A stretch of 64,000 nucleotides of DNA, from contig CAWIPH010000002.1 in assembly GCA_963837955.1 (NCBI GenBank), positions 4,128,001 through 4,192,000 on the forward strand, given 5' to 3'. Under the pieces are notes generated by a model. That model worked only from the letters and a program-made list of their open reading frames with translations. It was not told the origin of the DNA and made no database searches. This document shows, in pieces, positions 10,663-19,951 of the stretch. The DNA comes from an uncultured Verrucomicrobiae bacterium (GTDB lineage: Bacteria; Verrucomicrobiota; Verrucomicrobiia; Chthoniobacterales; JAFAMB01). Position 1 is the stretch's first letter, and every line of letters starts with the position of its first letter. The position numbers and the translations under genes were made by a program.

Positions 10663-10980
10663 ATGGCGGTTGAACTCTTGGAACTTCGAGGCGAGATCGA
10701 TCTGAATGAAAAGCCGAACGTTACGGCTCGATTGGATCCGCTTATCGAAAAACAAAGCCCCGCGATCGTCGTAGATCTATCCGAAGTCTCCTATGTCGAT
10801 AGCTCAGGGCTAGCTATTTTCATAGACGCGCTCCAAAGGATCCAAAATTACGGCGGCAAGCTGGCCCTCGCCGGTCTCCGCGGTAATGTCGCGATGGTTT
10901 TTCAAATCGCTCGACTCGACAAAGTTTTTCTGATCTTCGGAGATCGCGAAAGCGCCGTTAATGCGGTCGCTCACCCCTAA
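10663..10980 (+). CDS. STAS-domain anti-sigma factor antagonist
   Basis: LRGEID, VVDLSEVSYVDSSGL (phosphorylatable Ser motif) and FQIARLDKVF. Confidence 0.9.
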   Translation: MAVELLELRGEIDLNEKPNVTARLDPLIEKQSPAIVVDLSEVSYVDSSGLAIFIDALQRIQNYGGKLALAGLRGNVAMVFQIARLDKVFLIFGDRESAVNAVAHP

Positions 10981-11036
10981 ACGGGCTCTCCCGCCCGAGA
11001 TTTCTTCTTTGACCTATTGTAGACTCATCGGATCCC

Positions 11037-12035
11037 ATGCTTCCTTGGTTTCAGTCTGGTCACATTCCTCTCTACCTGGCACCGATGGCCGGAGTGACCG
11101 ATTCTATTTTTCGACGGCTGTGCAAAGAACAAGGTGCTGATGTTGTCGTGACCGAGTTCGTTTCGGCCGACGGCATTCTTCATCGCAACCAGCGCACCCG
11201 CGAGATGGTCGCGTTTCGACCGGAAGAACGCCCGGTGGGAGTGCAGCTCTTTGGAGCGGATGCCGAAAAAATGGCGGACGCCGCCAGAGCGGTGGTAGAC
11301 TGGGTACAACCTGATTTCATCGATCTAAACTTTGGCTGCCCGGTTAACAAAGTAGTTTCTCGTCATGGCGGCTCGGCTCTCCTGCGAGACTGCCCGCTTC
11401 TGGAGAAAGTCGCGTCCCACGTCGTTAAGGCGCTGCCCGTGCCCGTAACTGCCAAGATTCGGCTCGGTTGGGATGCCTCTTCGGTCAATGCGCTCCAGAC
11501 GGCTCGCATTCTGGAGGACGCCGGAATCTGCGCGCTGGCAGTGCACGGCCGAACCAAGGAACAGGGATACTCCGGATCTGCTGATTGGGAGGAAATCGGG
11601 CGTGTTGCCCAGGCAGTATCGATCCCGGTTATCGGTAATGGCGACTTGCGCTCCGTGGAAGAAGTCGTTGACCGGTTAACCCAGACGAAAGTAAAGGCGG
11701 TGATGCTCGGTCGGGCCGTAATGACCAGCCCCTGGTTGTTTCGTCAAATCAAGTCGTTTTTGAGTTCCAAGGTTTTACTTCCTGAACCGTCCCTGGAAGA
11801 GCGATGGGCTCATGTGCTCCGGCACTGTCGACTCGCTGTGCAGGAAACCGGTTCGGAGCGATTTGCCATTTCATCGCTGCGGGGCCGTTTGATGGCTTAC
11901 TCGAAAGGGATGCCGGAGAGCAGATCTTTGCGCGAAGCATTCCAACAAGTGACGTCGATCGCTGAGATCGAGGCTATCGCCTCTCGACATCTGGAGGATC
12001 AGCACAGGCGCAAACCTGTGCTGGTGGCTGTTTAA
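11037..12035 (+). CDS. dusB: tRNA-dihydrouridine synthase
   Basis: LAPMAGVTD, DLNFGCP, VHGRT and GNGD motifs. Confidence 0.88.
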   Translation: MLPWFQSGHIPLYLAPMAGVTDSIFRRLCKEQGADVVVTEFVSADGILHRNQRTREMVAFRPEERPVGVQLFGADAEKMADAARAVVDWVQPDFIDLNFGCPVNKVVSRHGGSALLRDCPLLEKVASHVVKALPVPVTAKIRLGWDASSVNALQTARILEDAGICALAVHGRTKEQGYSGSADWEEIGRVAQAVSIPVIGNGDLRSVEEVVDRLTQTKVKAVMLGRAVMTSPWLFRQIKSFLSSKVLLPEPSLEERWAHVLRHCRLAVQETGSERFAISSLRGRLMAYSKGMPESRSLREAFQQVTSIAEIEAIASRHLEDQHRRKPVLVAV

Positions 12036-12105
12036 ACCATCGGACACGTCCCTCCGGGACTGATTTCCGCCTGGAACACCTCCGCGTTCTTTCGAAAAAA
12101 GTGGA

Positions 12106-12804
12106 ATGTCGACCGGCTTTACGATTGCCGATTGTACTGACAGGCGGCAACATGCGTGCGTGGTGGAACGATTGCCCGGAGCGAAGTTCTCTTGCTCGCT
12201 TCGGTTCGAGCGAAATCTTTACAAACAAGGACTCGATCGCATCGCCGGAGTCGACGAGGCAGGACGAGGGCCGTTAGCGGGACCAGTAGTCGCCGCTGCA
12301 GTAATACTACCGCTAAACTTTCGTCTTCGCGGGCTAAACGACTCAAAACAGCTCTCTCCTTTGGTCCGGGAAACCTACTATCAAGAGCTGGTTTCGAATC
12401 CGGCAATTGTCTTCGGTGTCGGCTGGGCTTCGGTTTCAGAAATCGATACTATCAATATCCTGCGTGCAACGCACTTAGCGATGCAGCGAGCTGTGGCTGG
12501 TTTGATGTCTCCTCCGGAACATCTGCTGATCGACGGGTTGCCGGTGGCGGCTTTTTCTCTTCCCCAGACGGCTATTGTCGACGGCGATGCGAGATCGTTC
12601 AGCATTGCTGCGGCCAGTGTCATTGCGAAAGTTACTCGCGACCGTATGATGATCAGCTGGCATGAGGAGTTTCCGGTTTACGAATTTGCTCGGAACAAAG
12701 GGTATGGCACGCCAGAACACCTGGAGAAATTGCGGTCTCATGGCCCTTGTCATCTCCACCGCCGAACGTTCGGCCCGGTGGCTCAAACCTATCTTCCGTT
12801 TTAG
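12106..12804 (+). CDS. rnhB: Ribonuclease HII
   Basis: GVDEAGRGPLAGPV, DSKQL, LIDG, SIAAASVIAKVTRD and NKGYGT motifs. Start may lie somewhat downstream. Confidence 0.95.
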   Translation: MSTGFTIADCTDRRQHACVVERLPGAKFSCSLRFERNLYKQGLDRIAGVDEAGRGPLAGPVVAAAVILPLNFRLRGLNDSKQLSPLVRETYYQELVSNPAIVFGVGWASVSEIDTINILRATHLAMQRAVAGLMSPPEHLLIDGLPVAAFSLPQTAIVDGDARSFSIAAASVIAKVTRDRMMISWHEEFPVYEFARNKGYGTPEHLEKLRSHGPCHLHRRTFGPVAQTYLPF

Positions 12805-13213
12805 ACGTTATCTTCTCCCAGGCGCATCGGGACCGCCCCACCTGCGCTTGGGAAAACGAGGAGAGAAGATAGCCGTCAGCTTTTTGCGAAAGTCGAACTA
12901 CAAAATTCTCTTTCGTAATTTCCGAGCCCACTCTGGAGGTGAAGTCGATCTGGTCTGCCGTGATCGGCGCGCTAAAGTCCTGGTGTTTGTGGAAGTCAAA
13001 ACGAGAACGACCGACCTCTTTGGCGATCCCCACGAGGCCGTCACCCTTCGGCAACAAGACAGCATCATCCGGGCGGCGAAGGAATGGCTCCGCCTGCTGG
13101 ATGACCAAGAAATCCCTTACCGGTTCGACATTGTCGAAATCATTATGGAGCCGCAACGAGAAGTGCGCTTGATCCGCAACGCGTTTCAGATCCGCGACGA
13201 TATCTATTTCTGA
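12740..13213 (+). CDS. yraN: YraN (UPF0102) family endonuclease-like protein
   Basis: LGKRGE, RNFR, GEVDLV, FVEVKTR and RFDIVEI motifs; follows rnhB. Start uncertain (ATG 12740 or TTG 12848). Confidence 0.85.
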   Translation: MALVISTAERSARWLKPIFRFRRYLLPGASGPPHLRLGKRGEKIAVSFLRKSNYKILFRNFRAHSGGEVDLVCRDRRAKVLVFVEVKTRTTDLFGDPHEAVTLRQQDSIIRAAKEWLRLLDDQEIPYRFDIVEIIMEPQREVRLIRNAFQIRDDIYF

Positions 13214-13216
13214 AAC

Positions 13217-14290
13217 GTGATGGAGTTCATCGATTACCTCATTGTAGGCCAAGGACTCGCCGGCAGCCTCCTGGCCCTCTTGTTGGGCGAACGAGGTCGC
13301 TCCGTGTTGGTAATTGATAACGCTCATCGCCATGCTGCATCCAAAGCAGCCGGCGGAATTATCAACCCGATAACCGGAAAACGTTTGAATCGGCCTGCTT
13401 TGATCAGGGAGCTGATGAAGGAAGTTTTTTCGGCTTACCCAAGGATTGAATCAAAGCTCGGTGTACCGCTCTTTCGACAACGGACAGTATTGCGCCTTCT
13501 CCAAAACGCCGAAGAAGTGGAACGCTGGAACCGGCAAGCTGATTTGCCGGAATATCAAGAATTCCTTTCCGAGCGCCAGCCTAGCCCGTTCCCTCTGTTC
13601 CAAAATAGGTTTGGTGTGTTTGAGGTCACTCAGGCTGCCCAGCTGGACATCCGGCGTCTCATTCAGCGTGCCAGAGAATTCCTGCTCGCTCAACAGGCGC
13701 TGATCGATCAGCCGTTTCACTATAACAGGCTGAACATTCTTCCTGATCGCATTCGGTGGGAGCGGTTCACAGCCCGATATGCGATCTTTTGTGAAGGTTA
13801 TCGAATGGTGCGCAATCCTTATTTCGGCGAAATCGAGCTAAACCCAGCAAAAGGCGAGACGCTGACCTTGGCATCTTCGGGCTTCACAGAAGAGAGAATC
13901 GTTCAGCACGGAAAGTGGATTTTTCGAAACCTGGCCGGAGAAATCCTGGCTGGCACAAACTATCGATGGGATTCGCTTGACGAGAGACCGACCAAGGCGG
14001 CTAAAACGGAGATCGAGGGCGCAATCCGCGAATTTTTCCTTTCCGAATTCGAAACAGTCGAACAGCGAGCAGGCGTTCGTCCGGTAACTCGCGTGGATAA
14101 TCGGCCGGTGGTCGGAGCTCATCCGCGATGGCCGCGGCTGGCAATCTTGAATGGTCTCGGATCCAAGGGCGCCCTGCAGGCGCCGTTCGCCGCCAAACAA
14201 TTGATCGAGGCCCTCGAAGAAGGGAGACCGATCCCGCAAGAAATTGATATATGTCGTCCATCCCTCTGGAAGTCAGCGAGACGAAATTGA
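13217..14290 (+). CDS. FAD-dependent oxidoreductase (DAO/glycine oxidase family, MnmC oxidase-like)
   Basis: IVGQGLAG Rossmann motif, ASKAAGG, PAKGE, RAGVRP and NGLGSKG. Confidence 0.85.
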   Translation: MMEFIDYLIVGQGLAGSLLALLLGERGRSVLVIDNAHRHAASKAAGGIINPITGKRLNRPALIRELMKEVFSAYPRIESKLGVPLFRQRTVLRLLQNAEEVERWNRQADLPEYQEFLSERQPSPFPLFQNRFGVFEVTQAAQLDIRRLIQRAREFLLAQQALIDQPFHYNRLNILPDRIRWERFTARYAIFCEGYRMVRNPYFGEIELNPAKGETLTLASSGFTEERIVQHGKWIFRNLAGEILAGTNYRWDSLDERPTKAAKTEIEGAIREFFLSEFETVEQRAGVRPVTRVDNRPVVGAHPRWPRLAILNGLGSKGALQAPFAAKQLIEALEEGRPIPQEIDICRPSLWKSARRN

Positions 14291-14844
14291 CCCGGGTAGC
14301 GGCGGAATGGATTTCTGGCGCGTTAAGCGACAGCTCTCTGGCTATCGATGCGACCGTCGGAAATGGATATGACACCCTTTTCCTCGCTCACGCGGTTGGG
14401 GTATCGGGACAGGTAATCGGATTCGATATTCAAAAAGCTGCCTTAAAGAACGCATCCGAGTTATTGCGCTTCACCGGCATGATCGATCGTGTTCGATTGG
14501 TATTAGGTTGTCATTCAGGAATCGAGGCTCATCTGCGGAACGGCCGACCCGCCCAGGCCGCCATGTTCAATTTGGGCCACCTGCCCAGAGGCGATAGGTC
14601 CGTTATAACGAGAGCGGCCACAACTCTTCCAGCTCTTGAGGGGTTGCTTCGTCATTTAAGTACCGCCGGCCGAGTCACGATTCTCTCCTATCGAGGCCAT
14701 GCCGGGGGCCCAGAGGAGTACGAAGAAGTAAAACGTTACCTGGATTCCGCGAAAAATCTTTCTGTCCGCGAGATCGCCAGCCAGTTCGATTCTGAAATCG
14801 CACCTCGGCTTTTTCTGTTGGAGAAGGGATCCGATTCCAGGTGA
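14251..14844 (+). CDS. SAM-dependent methyltransferase, MnmM/YtqB-like
   Basis: IDATVGNGYDTLFLA, GFDIQ, MFNLGHLPRGD and YRGHAGG match the YtqB/MnmM pattern. Confidence 0.8.
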   Translation: MSSIPLEVSETKLTRVAAEWISGALSDSSLAIDATVGNGYDTLFLAHAVGVSGQVIGFDIQKAALKNASELLRFTGMIDRVRLVLGCHSGIEAHLRNGRPAQAAMFNLGHLPRGDRSVITRAATTLPALEGLLRHLSTAGRVTILSYRGHAGGPEEYEEVKRYLDSAKNLSVREIASQFDSEIAPRLFLLEKGSDSR

Positions 14845-15096
14845 GCCGGCGTTGCGAGGGAGAGAATCATTTGCCTAAGCGTTTGATAGGGGTCAAAACC
14901 GAGGGCTCAGGGCTGGAGACTTCAAGGAGGTTTGGTTGTCCATCGGCCGCCTGCTTACATGTCATCACAGCCGTTTTTTGCCTGTCGAGTTTGACATTTG
15001 CGCCGACCTGATGGATTACTGTCCTCGTTGTTACTGATGAGGGTTTCACCCGGAGCGAAAGCTTCAGGGTGAGCACAAGTGAAAGGTGAAACCCTT

Positions 15097-15369
15097 ATGG
15101 AACACGAAACAGTAAGAAAAGAAGTCGCAGGGACTAAGCGCACACTCACGGTGCTGGCCGGCTCCAGCGCCCTAATCGGGGTGATTGCAGCTATCGTCCG
15201 GGCTGTCGCAGGATCGCAAATCCGCGATTATACGCATCCGCTTATCGGGCTGCTGGGCATCGGAATGATTCTCAGTCTGTTCGTCGCGCTCCTTGCCCTC
15301 AATACGAGGCTGCAGGTGGCGTTCGACGAGTCAGCCTATGACCAAGCGACAGAAAATGAACCAAGCTAA
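15097..15369 (+). CDS. Small hypothetical membrane protein (two hydrophobic segments)
   Basis: ATG 15097 after GAAAGGTG; two long hydrophobic stretches. Confidence 0.55.
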   Translation: MEHETVRKEVAGTKRTLTVLAGSSALIGVIAAIVRAVAGSQIRDYTHPLIGLLGIGMILSLFVALLALNTRLQVAFDESAYDQATENEPS

Positions 15370-15643
15370 AAGCGGAACAACCATGTTCCCCCCTCCCCTG
15401 GAACTAAACGAAAAATCAGAACAAAACGGAGGGAAAATGGATCTATATACCTTAGTTATCGCAAAGAGCTTCGGGGAACCGAAGACTGGCACATCAATCA
15501 ACGAAGAACGCGCGCCTCAGCAGGAAGCACCCTTGCCGCCAATCGACTTCAGCTTGCTGGCTGAAGTGCGTCGGGGACAGTGCGAGGAAGCCGATCGCGA
15601 AGGCCGATATGTCGCCGGCGAGCCGATTCGAGCAACCGCTTAA
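15356..15643 (+). CDS. Hypothetical small protein
   Basis: ORF coupled to the upstream gene; GGAGG precedes an internal ATG (MDLYTLV). No recognisable domain. Confidence 0.35.
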   Translation: MNQAKSGTTMFPPPLELNEKSEQNGGKMDLYTLVIAKSFGEPKTGTSINEERAPQQEAPLPPIDFSLLAEVRRGQCEEADREGRYVAGEPIRATA

Positions 15644-15915
15644 TCGTCAGCCATGAAACCTGGTACGCCGGAACTGCCTGCCAGCTTAAGGCAGGCAGAC
15701 GCCGGCGAGACCGGCGTCGAATAGACCAGTAAACATCGCCACTAGCAGATTTTAGCTGTCGGCGATTGCCTCTTTCACCCAACTGCGCAGCGGACCCGAA
15801 TTTAGGGGAGCGTATTCGCAATCCACTCGCGGTTCAATCTTCCGCCGCAGAAAACTCAAGCTCGCACGATGCCTCGAGCCGGGGTATTGATCTGTCTCGG
15901 AACGACGTTTTGATC

Positions 15916-16488
15916 ATGAAGTATTTGCTCCCTTTGCTTCTTCTCTTTGCAAACGTCTGCACCGGTCGAGCCGAACAAGTTTTAGAAGGGTACGCTGTTC
16001 TCAGAGGGAAGGATTACGCGTTCCAATTGAAGGCCCCAAGGAACTGGGTGCTGGATAACGACTCGGGCCGCGACCAAGGATTGAACGTAGTTTTCTACCC
16101 GAAAGACTCTAGCTGGGCATCCAGTTCCGCAATTTGTTACGCGCGGGTCCGGACCCTCGATGACGCCGTGAAGACTATTGAGGATCAAGTCAAAGATACG
16201 TTGAAGACGTTTCGCGAGAGCGGCAGCATCGGGATTCAGGCAAAGTACGTAAAGACCCTCACGACCCGGGACGCCAGTAAAGCCAAGATCTATTACTTTT
16301 CCGGCGACAAGTTCGGGAATTACCAGGCGACCGCTTACTATCAGACCAAAGACTCAATTCACTTCGTCACCTTGTCCTGTCCCAGCCGAGAAAGCTTCGA
16401 GTATTCGCTGGCTGCTTTCGACGCCCTAGTCACTTCGTACGAAGATTTGGTCAAAGCCTCAGCGACCGATTCTAATTCACCAAGGTAA
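15916..16488 (+). CDS. Secreted hypothetical protein
   Basis: Signal-peptide-like MKYLLPLLLLFANVCTGRA followed by a soluble domain. Confidence 0.7.
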   Translation: MKYLLPLLLLFANVCTGRAEQVLEGYAVLRGKDYAFQLKAPRNWVLDNDSGRDQGLNVVFYPKDSSWASSSAICYARVRTLDDAVKTIEDQVKDTLKTFRESGSIGIQAKYVKTLTTRDASKAKIYYFSGDKFGNYQATAYYQTKDSIHFVTLSCPSRESFEYSLAAFDALVTSYEDLVKASATDSNSPR

Positions 16489-16493
16489 CGCAC

Positions 16494-16721
16494 TTACGTA
16501 CCTTTTGAGCGAAGACCAACGACAATCAGGAAAACTCCGCCGCCAATTGCGATCCAGCCAAGTATTGGCGGTATCGGAACGGTCTCATGCTCCCTTGCGG
16601 TTGCTTGGATGGGACCCAAATCGAGCACCTTCTTTTGGGTGGTGTAAGTAAATCCCTGATAAACAAGCGCGGCCGCTCCGAGTATGATCAATACAACGCC
16701 GGCCAGTAGCATCATCTTCAC
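16494..16721 (-). CDS. Small membrane protein (DUF3185-like)
   Basis: GVVLIILG..YQGFTYT..VLDLGPIQAT..TVPIPPILG pattern; GTG 16721 or ATG 16715. Confidence 0.75.
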   Translation of the reverse strand: MKMMLLAGVVLIILGAAALVYQGFTYTTQKKVLDLGPIQATAREHETVPIPPILGWIAIGGGVFLIVVGLRSKGT

Positions 16722-16915
16722 CGAGTCTCTTCTACACACGAGAGTTTTGTCCGTCAGCAAGAAAGAATCTGTCTGCAACGTGCTTGACCCTTGGTGCGTC
16801 TGAGGAAATCGCAGCGTCATAACGGGGTGCTAGCAGCGCATGAGGACTAGGAACAGTGGGATTTCTCGTTGCCGCCTGGCGAAGACATGCATCACTCGCA
16901 TATTAAGGCTTCCAT

Positions 16916-17338
16916 ATGAACGTTTGGCCTGTGCTGACCTTGGTTTCTCTCTTGATGCTCCCAGCTTCCACTCGCGCAACCGAAGAACCCGATCCCACGC
17001 AAATCGCAGTCCGAATCGCTAAGCAATGGCTGAATCTGCTCGATTCGGGGAAGTACAACCAAAGCTGGGATGAAGCCGCCTTACTCTTGAAGACCCAGGT
17101 CCAGGCTGGCCGATGGCGACGCGTAATCCGATCAGTACGTCGTTCCCTGGGCGAAATGCATAAACGAAATTTCGAGAGGGCCAAAGAGAAATATAAGCTT
17201 CCGGGCGAACCAGCTGGAGACTACATAGTGGTACGGTTTGATACCTCTTTCTCGGAAAAACCAGACGCGATCGAAACGGTAACGCTGGCCAAGGATCCGG
17301 ATCAGATCTGGAAAGTGTCTGGGTACTACGTGCGGTAG
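16916..17338 (+). CDS. DUF4019-like secreted protein
   Basis: Signal peptide; WLNLLDSGKYNQSW, LPGEPAGDY, FDTSF and WKVSGYY. Confidence 0.8.
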   Translation: MNVWPVLTLVSLLMLPASTRATEEPDPTQIAVRIAKQWLNLLDSGKYNQSWDEAALLLKTQVQAGRWRRVIRSVRRSLGEMHKRNFERAKEKYKLPGEPAGDYIVVRFDTSFSEKPDAIETVTLAKDPDQIWKVSGYYVR

Positions 17339-17377
17339 TCCGACCATTCGGCTAAGGCTGAATGCTGCAAGGCGACC

Positions 17378-17833
17378 ATGGAAAGCGAACATTTATCAAA
17401 CCGGCTTCAGCGGTACCTTTTCCAGCAAATACCGGTCAGCCGGGCGCTGGGAGTATTGGTCCAAGAAGCAAGCCTGGACGAAATTCTAATCACCGCACCG
17501 CTGGCACCAAACGTAAACCATCACGGGACCGCGTTCGGTGGGAGCGTCAGTGCTGTGGCCATCTTATCAGGGTGGAGCCTGGTCTACGCGCGATTACAAG
17601 CAGAAAATCAATCGCCCACCGTCGTGATCCAACACAACGAGACGCGCTACCTCAAACCGATCGAGGGAAAATTCGCGGCGCGCGCCCGGCTCACACATCC
17701 AGAGAAGTGGCCCCATTTTCTCGAAAGCTTATCTCGCCACGGTAAAGCTCGAACGATCGTAAAGGTCGAGATTGAAGCGGCAGGCGGAGTATCGGCTCTT
17801 TTCCGGGGCACATATGTCGCGCTCCAGTGCTAA
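17378..17833 (+). CDS. Hot-dog fold thioesterase (YiiD C-terminal-like)
   Basis: IPVSRALG, APLAPNVNHHGTAFGGS and YLKP. Confidence 0.85.
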   Translation: MESEHLSNRLQRYLFQQIPVSRALGVLVQEASLDEILITAPLAPNVNHHGTAFGGSVSAVAILSGWSLVYARLQAENQSPTVVIQHNETRYLKPIEGKFAARARLTHPEKWPHFLESLSRHGKARTIVKVEIEAAGGVSALFRGTYVALQC

Positions 17834-17939
17834 TGGTGATCGCTAATTGCTGATTGCTGATCGGGTGTTCAGCGGCGACGCGTCCGACCAAGCCTGTGGT
17901 GATAGTTCGAACTGCCGGCGAAAGGGATTCGCGAAGTCG

Positions 17940-18125
17940 GAAGCTGCGATTCAGGATAGCCTAGAGGGCGAAGCCCTAGGAGTCCAATCGATGATTGACG
18001 GTGAGGGCGGAGAGCGCCGACTTGTCCGCCGAAGCGTTCGTTGCAATGACCAGTGGTGCGGATTCTTTGCGAAGGCGGAAGGCGCGCGTCACGACAGCCT
18101 AGAGGCTATCCTGAATCGCAGCTTC
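17940..18125. repeat. Perfect 23-bp inverted repeat pair, MITE-like or IS-end remnant
   Basis: GAAGCTGCGATTCAGGATAGCCT (17940-17962) and its exact reverse complement (18103-18125), intergenic. Confidence 0.7.
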
Positions 18126-18226
18126 GCCGCTGTCCACGCTTGGTGAATAGTGGACTACTACGGTTGGTCAGCGATATAGCGTCATGCAAGTTTTGAATCC
18201 GACCCTAAACCTGAGAGAGATTTTTC

Positions 18227-18997
18227 GTGGTTGATTGGAACGCATCTTTGTATCTGCGCTTTGAGCAAGAGCGCACCCAGCCTAGCCGCGATCTGTTGGC
18301 CCGCGTCACTATCAACGAACCGCGAGAGATTGTTGATCTCGGATGTGGACCCGGCAATAGCACATCTATCCTGCGCGAGCGTTGGCCCTCGGCAAAAATA
18401 ATCGGCATTGATAATTCGCCGGCAATGTTGGAACAGGCAAAAAAAACTGACCCTACAACGGAATGGCTCTGCGCAGACATTGGCGCGTGGCGATCATCCA
18501 GCAAAGTCGATTTGGTTTTCGCGAATGCTTCTCTGCATTGGCTCCAGAATCACTCATCACTTTTGAAATCGCTCATGCAACAACTTAAACCCGGTGGAAC
18601 CCTCGCCTTTCAGATTCCCGCTCTTTACGATCAGCCGGCAACTGCTGCCATTCGTGAGGTTTCTGACCTTAAGGCTTGGAAACGCTACGCGCCAAAATCG
18701 GCCCCGATCGCACATCCGCCCACCGCATACTTCGACTATCTTATGGATGAAGCCGGATCTATCGACCTTTGGGAGACGATCTACTACCATCAACTACCAG
18801 GTCACGCTGCAATCATAGACTGGTATCGGAGTACCGGCTTACGTCCCTATTTAGAGGCTCTTCCAGATGACGCGGCGCGGGAAGCATTCCAAGCCCAGTT
18901 GCTTGGACGATTTCAAAGTCTTTTCCCGCTGCGAGCGAACGGTGACGTGTTGCTTCCCTTTCGCCGCTTATTTGTCGTCGCTATCCGTGCTGATTAA
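18227..18997 (+). CDS. tam: Trans-aconitate 2-methyltransferase
   Basis: W..YLRFEQERTQPSRDLL, DLGCGPGNST, ANASLHW, STGLRPYL and LPFRRLF. Confidence 0.9.
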   Translation: MVDWNASLYLRFEQERTQPSRDLLARVTINEPREIVDLGCGPGNSTSILRERWPSAKIIGIDNSPAMLEQAKKTDPTTEWLCADIGAWRSSSKVDLVFANASLHWLQNHSSLLKSLMQQLKPGGTLAFQIPALYDQPATAAIREVSDLKAWKRYAPKSAPIAHPPTAYFDYLMDEAGSIDLWETIYYHQLPGHAAIIDWYRSTGLRPYLEALPDDAAREAFQAQLLGRFQSLFPLRANGDVLLPFRRLFVVAIRAD

Positions 18998-19748
18998 ACT
19001 CTTGCTGACTCCCCTCTTGATGCTGGCCGTTTCCTGGGCAGCCCGGCGATGGGGACCAGGGATAGGTGGACTTCTCGCCGGATTGCCGCTCACTTCGGGT
19101 CCTATTTCCATCTACCTGTGTGCTGAGCAGGGTCCACACTTTGCAGCTTCTGCCGCTGCCAATTCCATACTCAGTCTGATGCCAGTCGCTCTCTTTTCGG
19201 TGGTTTACAGCCGGCTAGCCGATCGTCTGCCAGTGATTGGTTGCGCACTTGGTAGCTTCGGCGTTTTTCTACTCTCTTTGTATTTTTTGCAGAAATCTGG
19301 TTTCTCTTTTTGGCCGGCTTGGATCACAGGACTTCTGGCCATCTCCATTGGCCTCGTCCTCACTCCGAACAAAGTCCCGGCAAAATTCCAGATCCAGTAT
19401 CCTCAATGGGATTTACCAGCACGTGTCTTCTCAGCCACCGCTATGGTCCTTATCATCACTCTGTCCGCATCTGTTCTGGGATCGCAGTGGAGCGGCTTAC
19501 TTTCGCCAATTCCGGTTCTGGCCTGGCCTCTCTGCGCCTTTGTCCACCATCAACAAGGGAGCGATGGGGCTCGAGCTGTACTCCGTGGAATTCTAGAGGG
19601 CGCTTACGGCGTACTGATCTTCTACACCATTGTCGCTGTCGGACTTGGCCATCTCTCGCCAATCTTTGTTTATGTCGCGGCGATTTTAGCTTCCCTCATC
19701 GTCAGCGTTCCTTGGTTGAAGAGTAAACTCGTGCTGCCAGCCGAGTGA
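18987..19748 (+). CDS. Multi-pass membrane protein of unknown function
   Basis: GTG 18987 overlaps the tam stop; RRWGPGIGGLLAGLPLTSGP; hydrophobic throughout. Confidence 0.75.
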   Translation: MLIKLLLTPLLMLAVSWAARRWGPGIGGLLAGLPLTSGPISIYLCAEQGPHFAASAAANSILSLMPVALFSVVYSRLADRLPVIGCALGSFGVFLLSLYFLQKSGFSFWPAWITGLLAISIGLVLTPNKVPAKFQIQYPQWDLPARVFSATAMVLIITLSASVLGSQWSGLLSPIPVLAWPLCAFVHHQQGSDGARAVLRGILEGAYGVLIFYTIVAVGLGHLSPIFVYVAAILASLIVSVPWLKSKLVLPAE

Positions 19749-19951
19749 CACGCCTCAGCGTTTCGCGTTCTCGAACACGCTTACCCCTGTTCACCGTTCT
19801 TCACCCTTTCACCTTTTTCGGTATTCTGGTATTCCCGCGTTCCCGGCGTTCCCGGCGTTCCTGGCGCTCCACAGCTGTTTGAGGTATTGCTCGGTCGAGC
19901 GGCGGCGAGAAGCTGTTCAAACGTGATGCCGCAGGTATCATCTGCCACGAG

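Noticed and set aside
15034..15066. Hammerhead ribozyme (CTGATGA followed by a stem)
   Set aside because: GGAG follows the stem instead of GAAA, and stems I and III cannot be built convincingly.
17830..17862. Short 7-bp tandem repeats (also near 49785-49815 and 62013-62028)
   Set aside because: Only two to four degenerate copies; no function can be supported.
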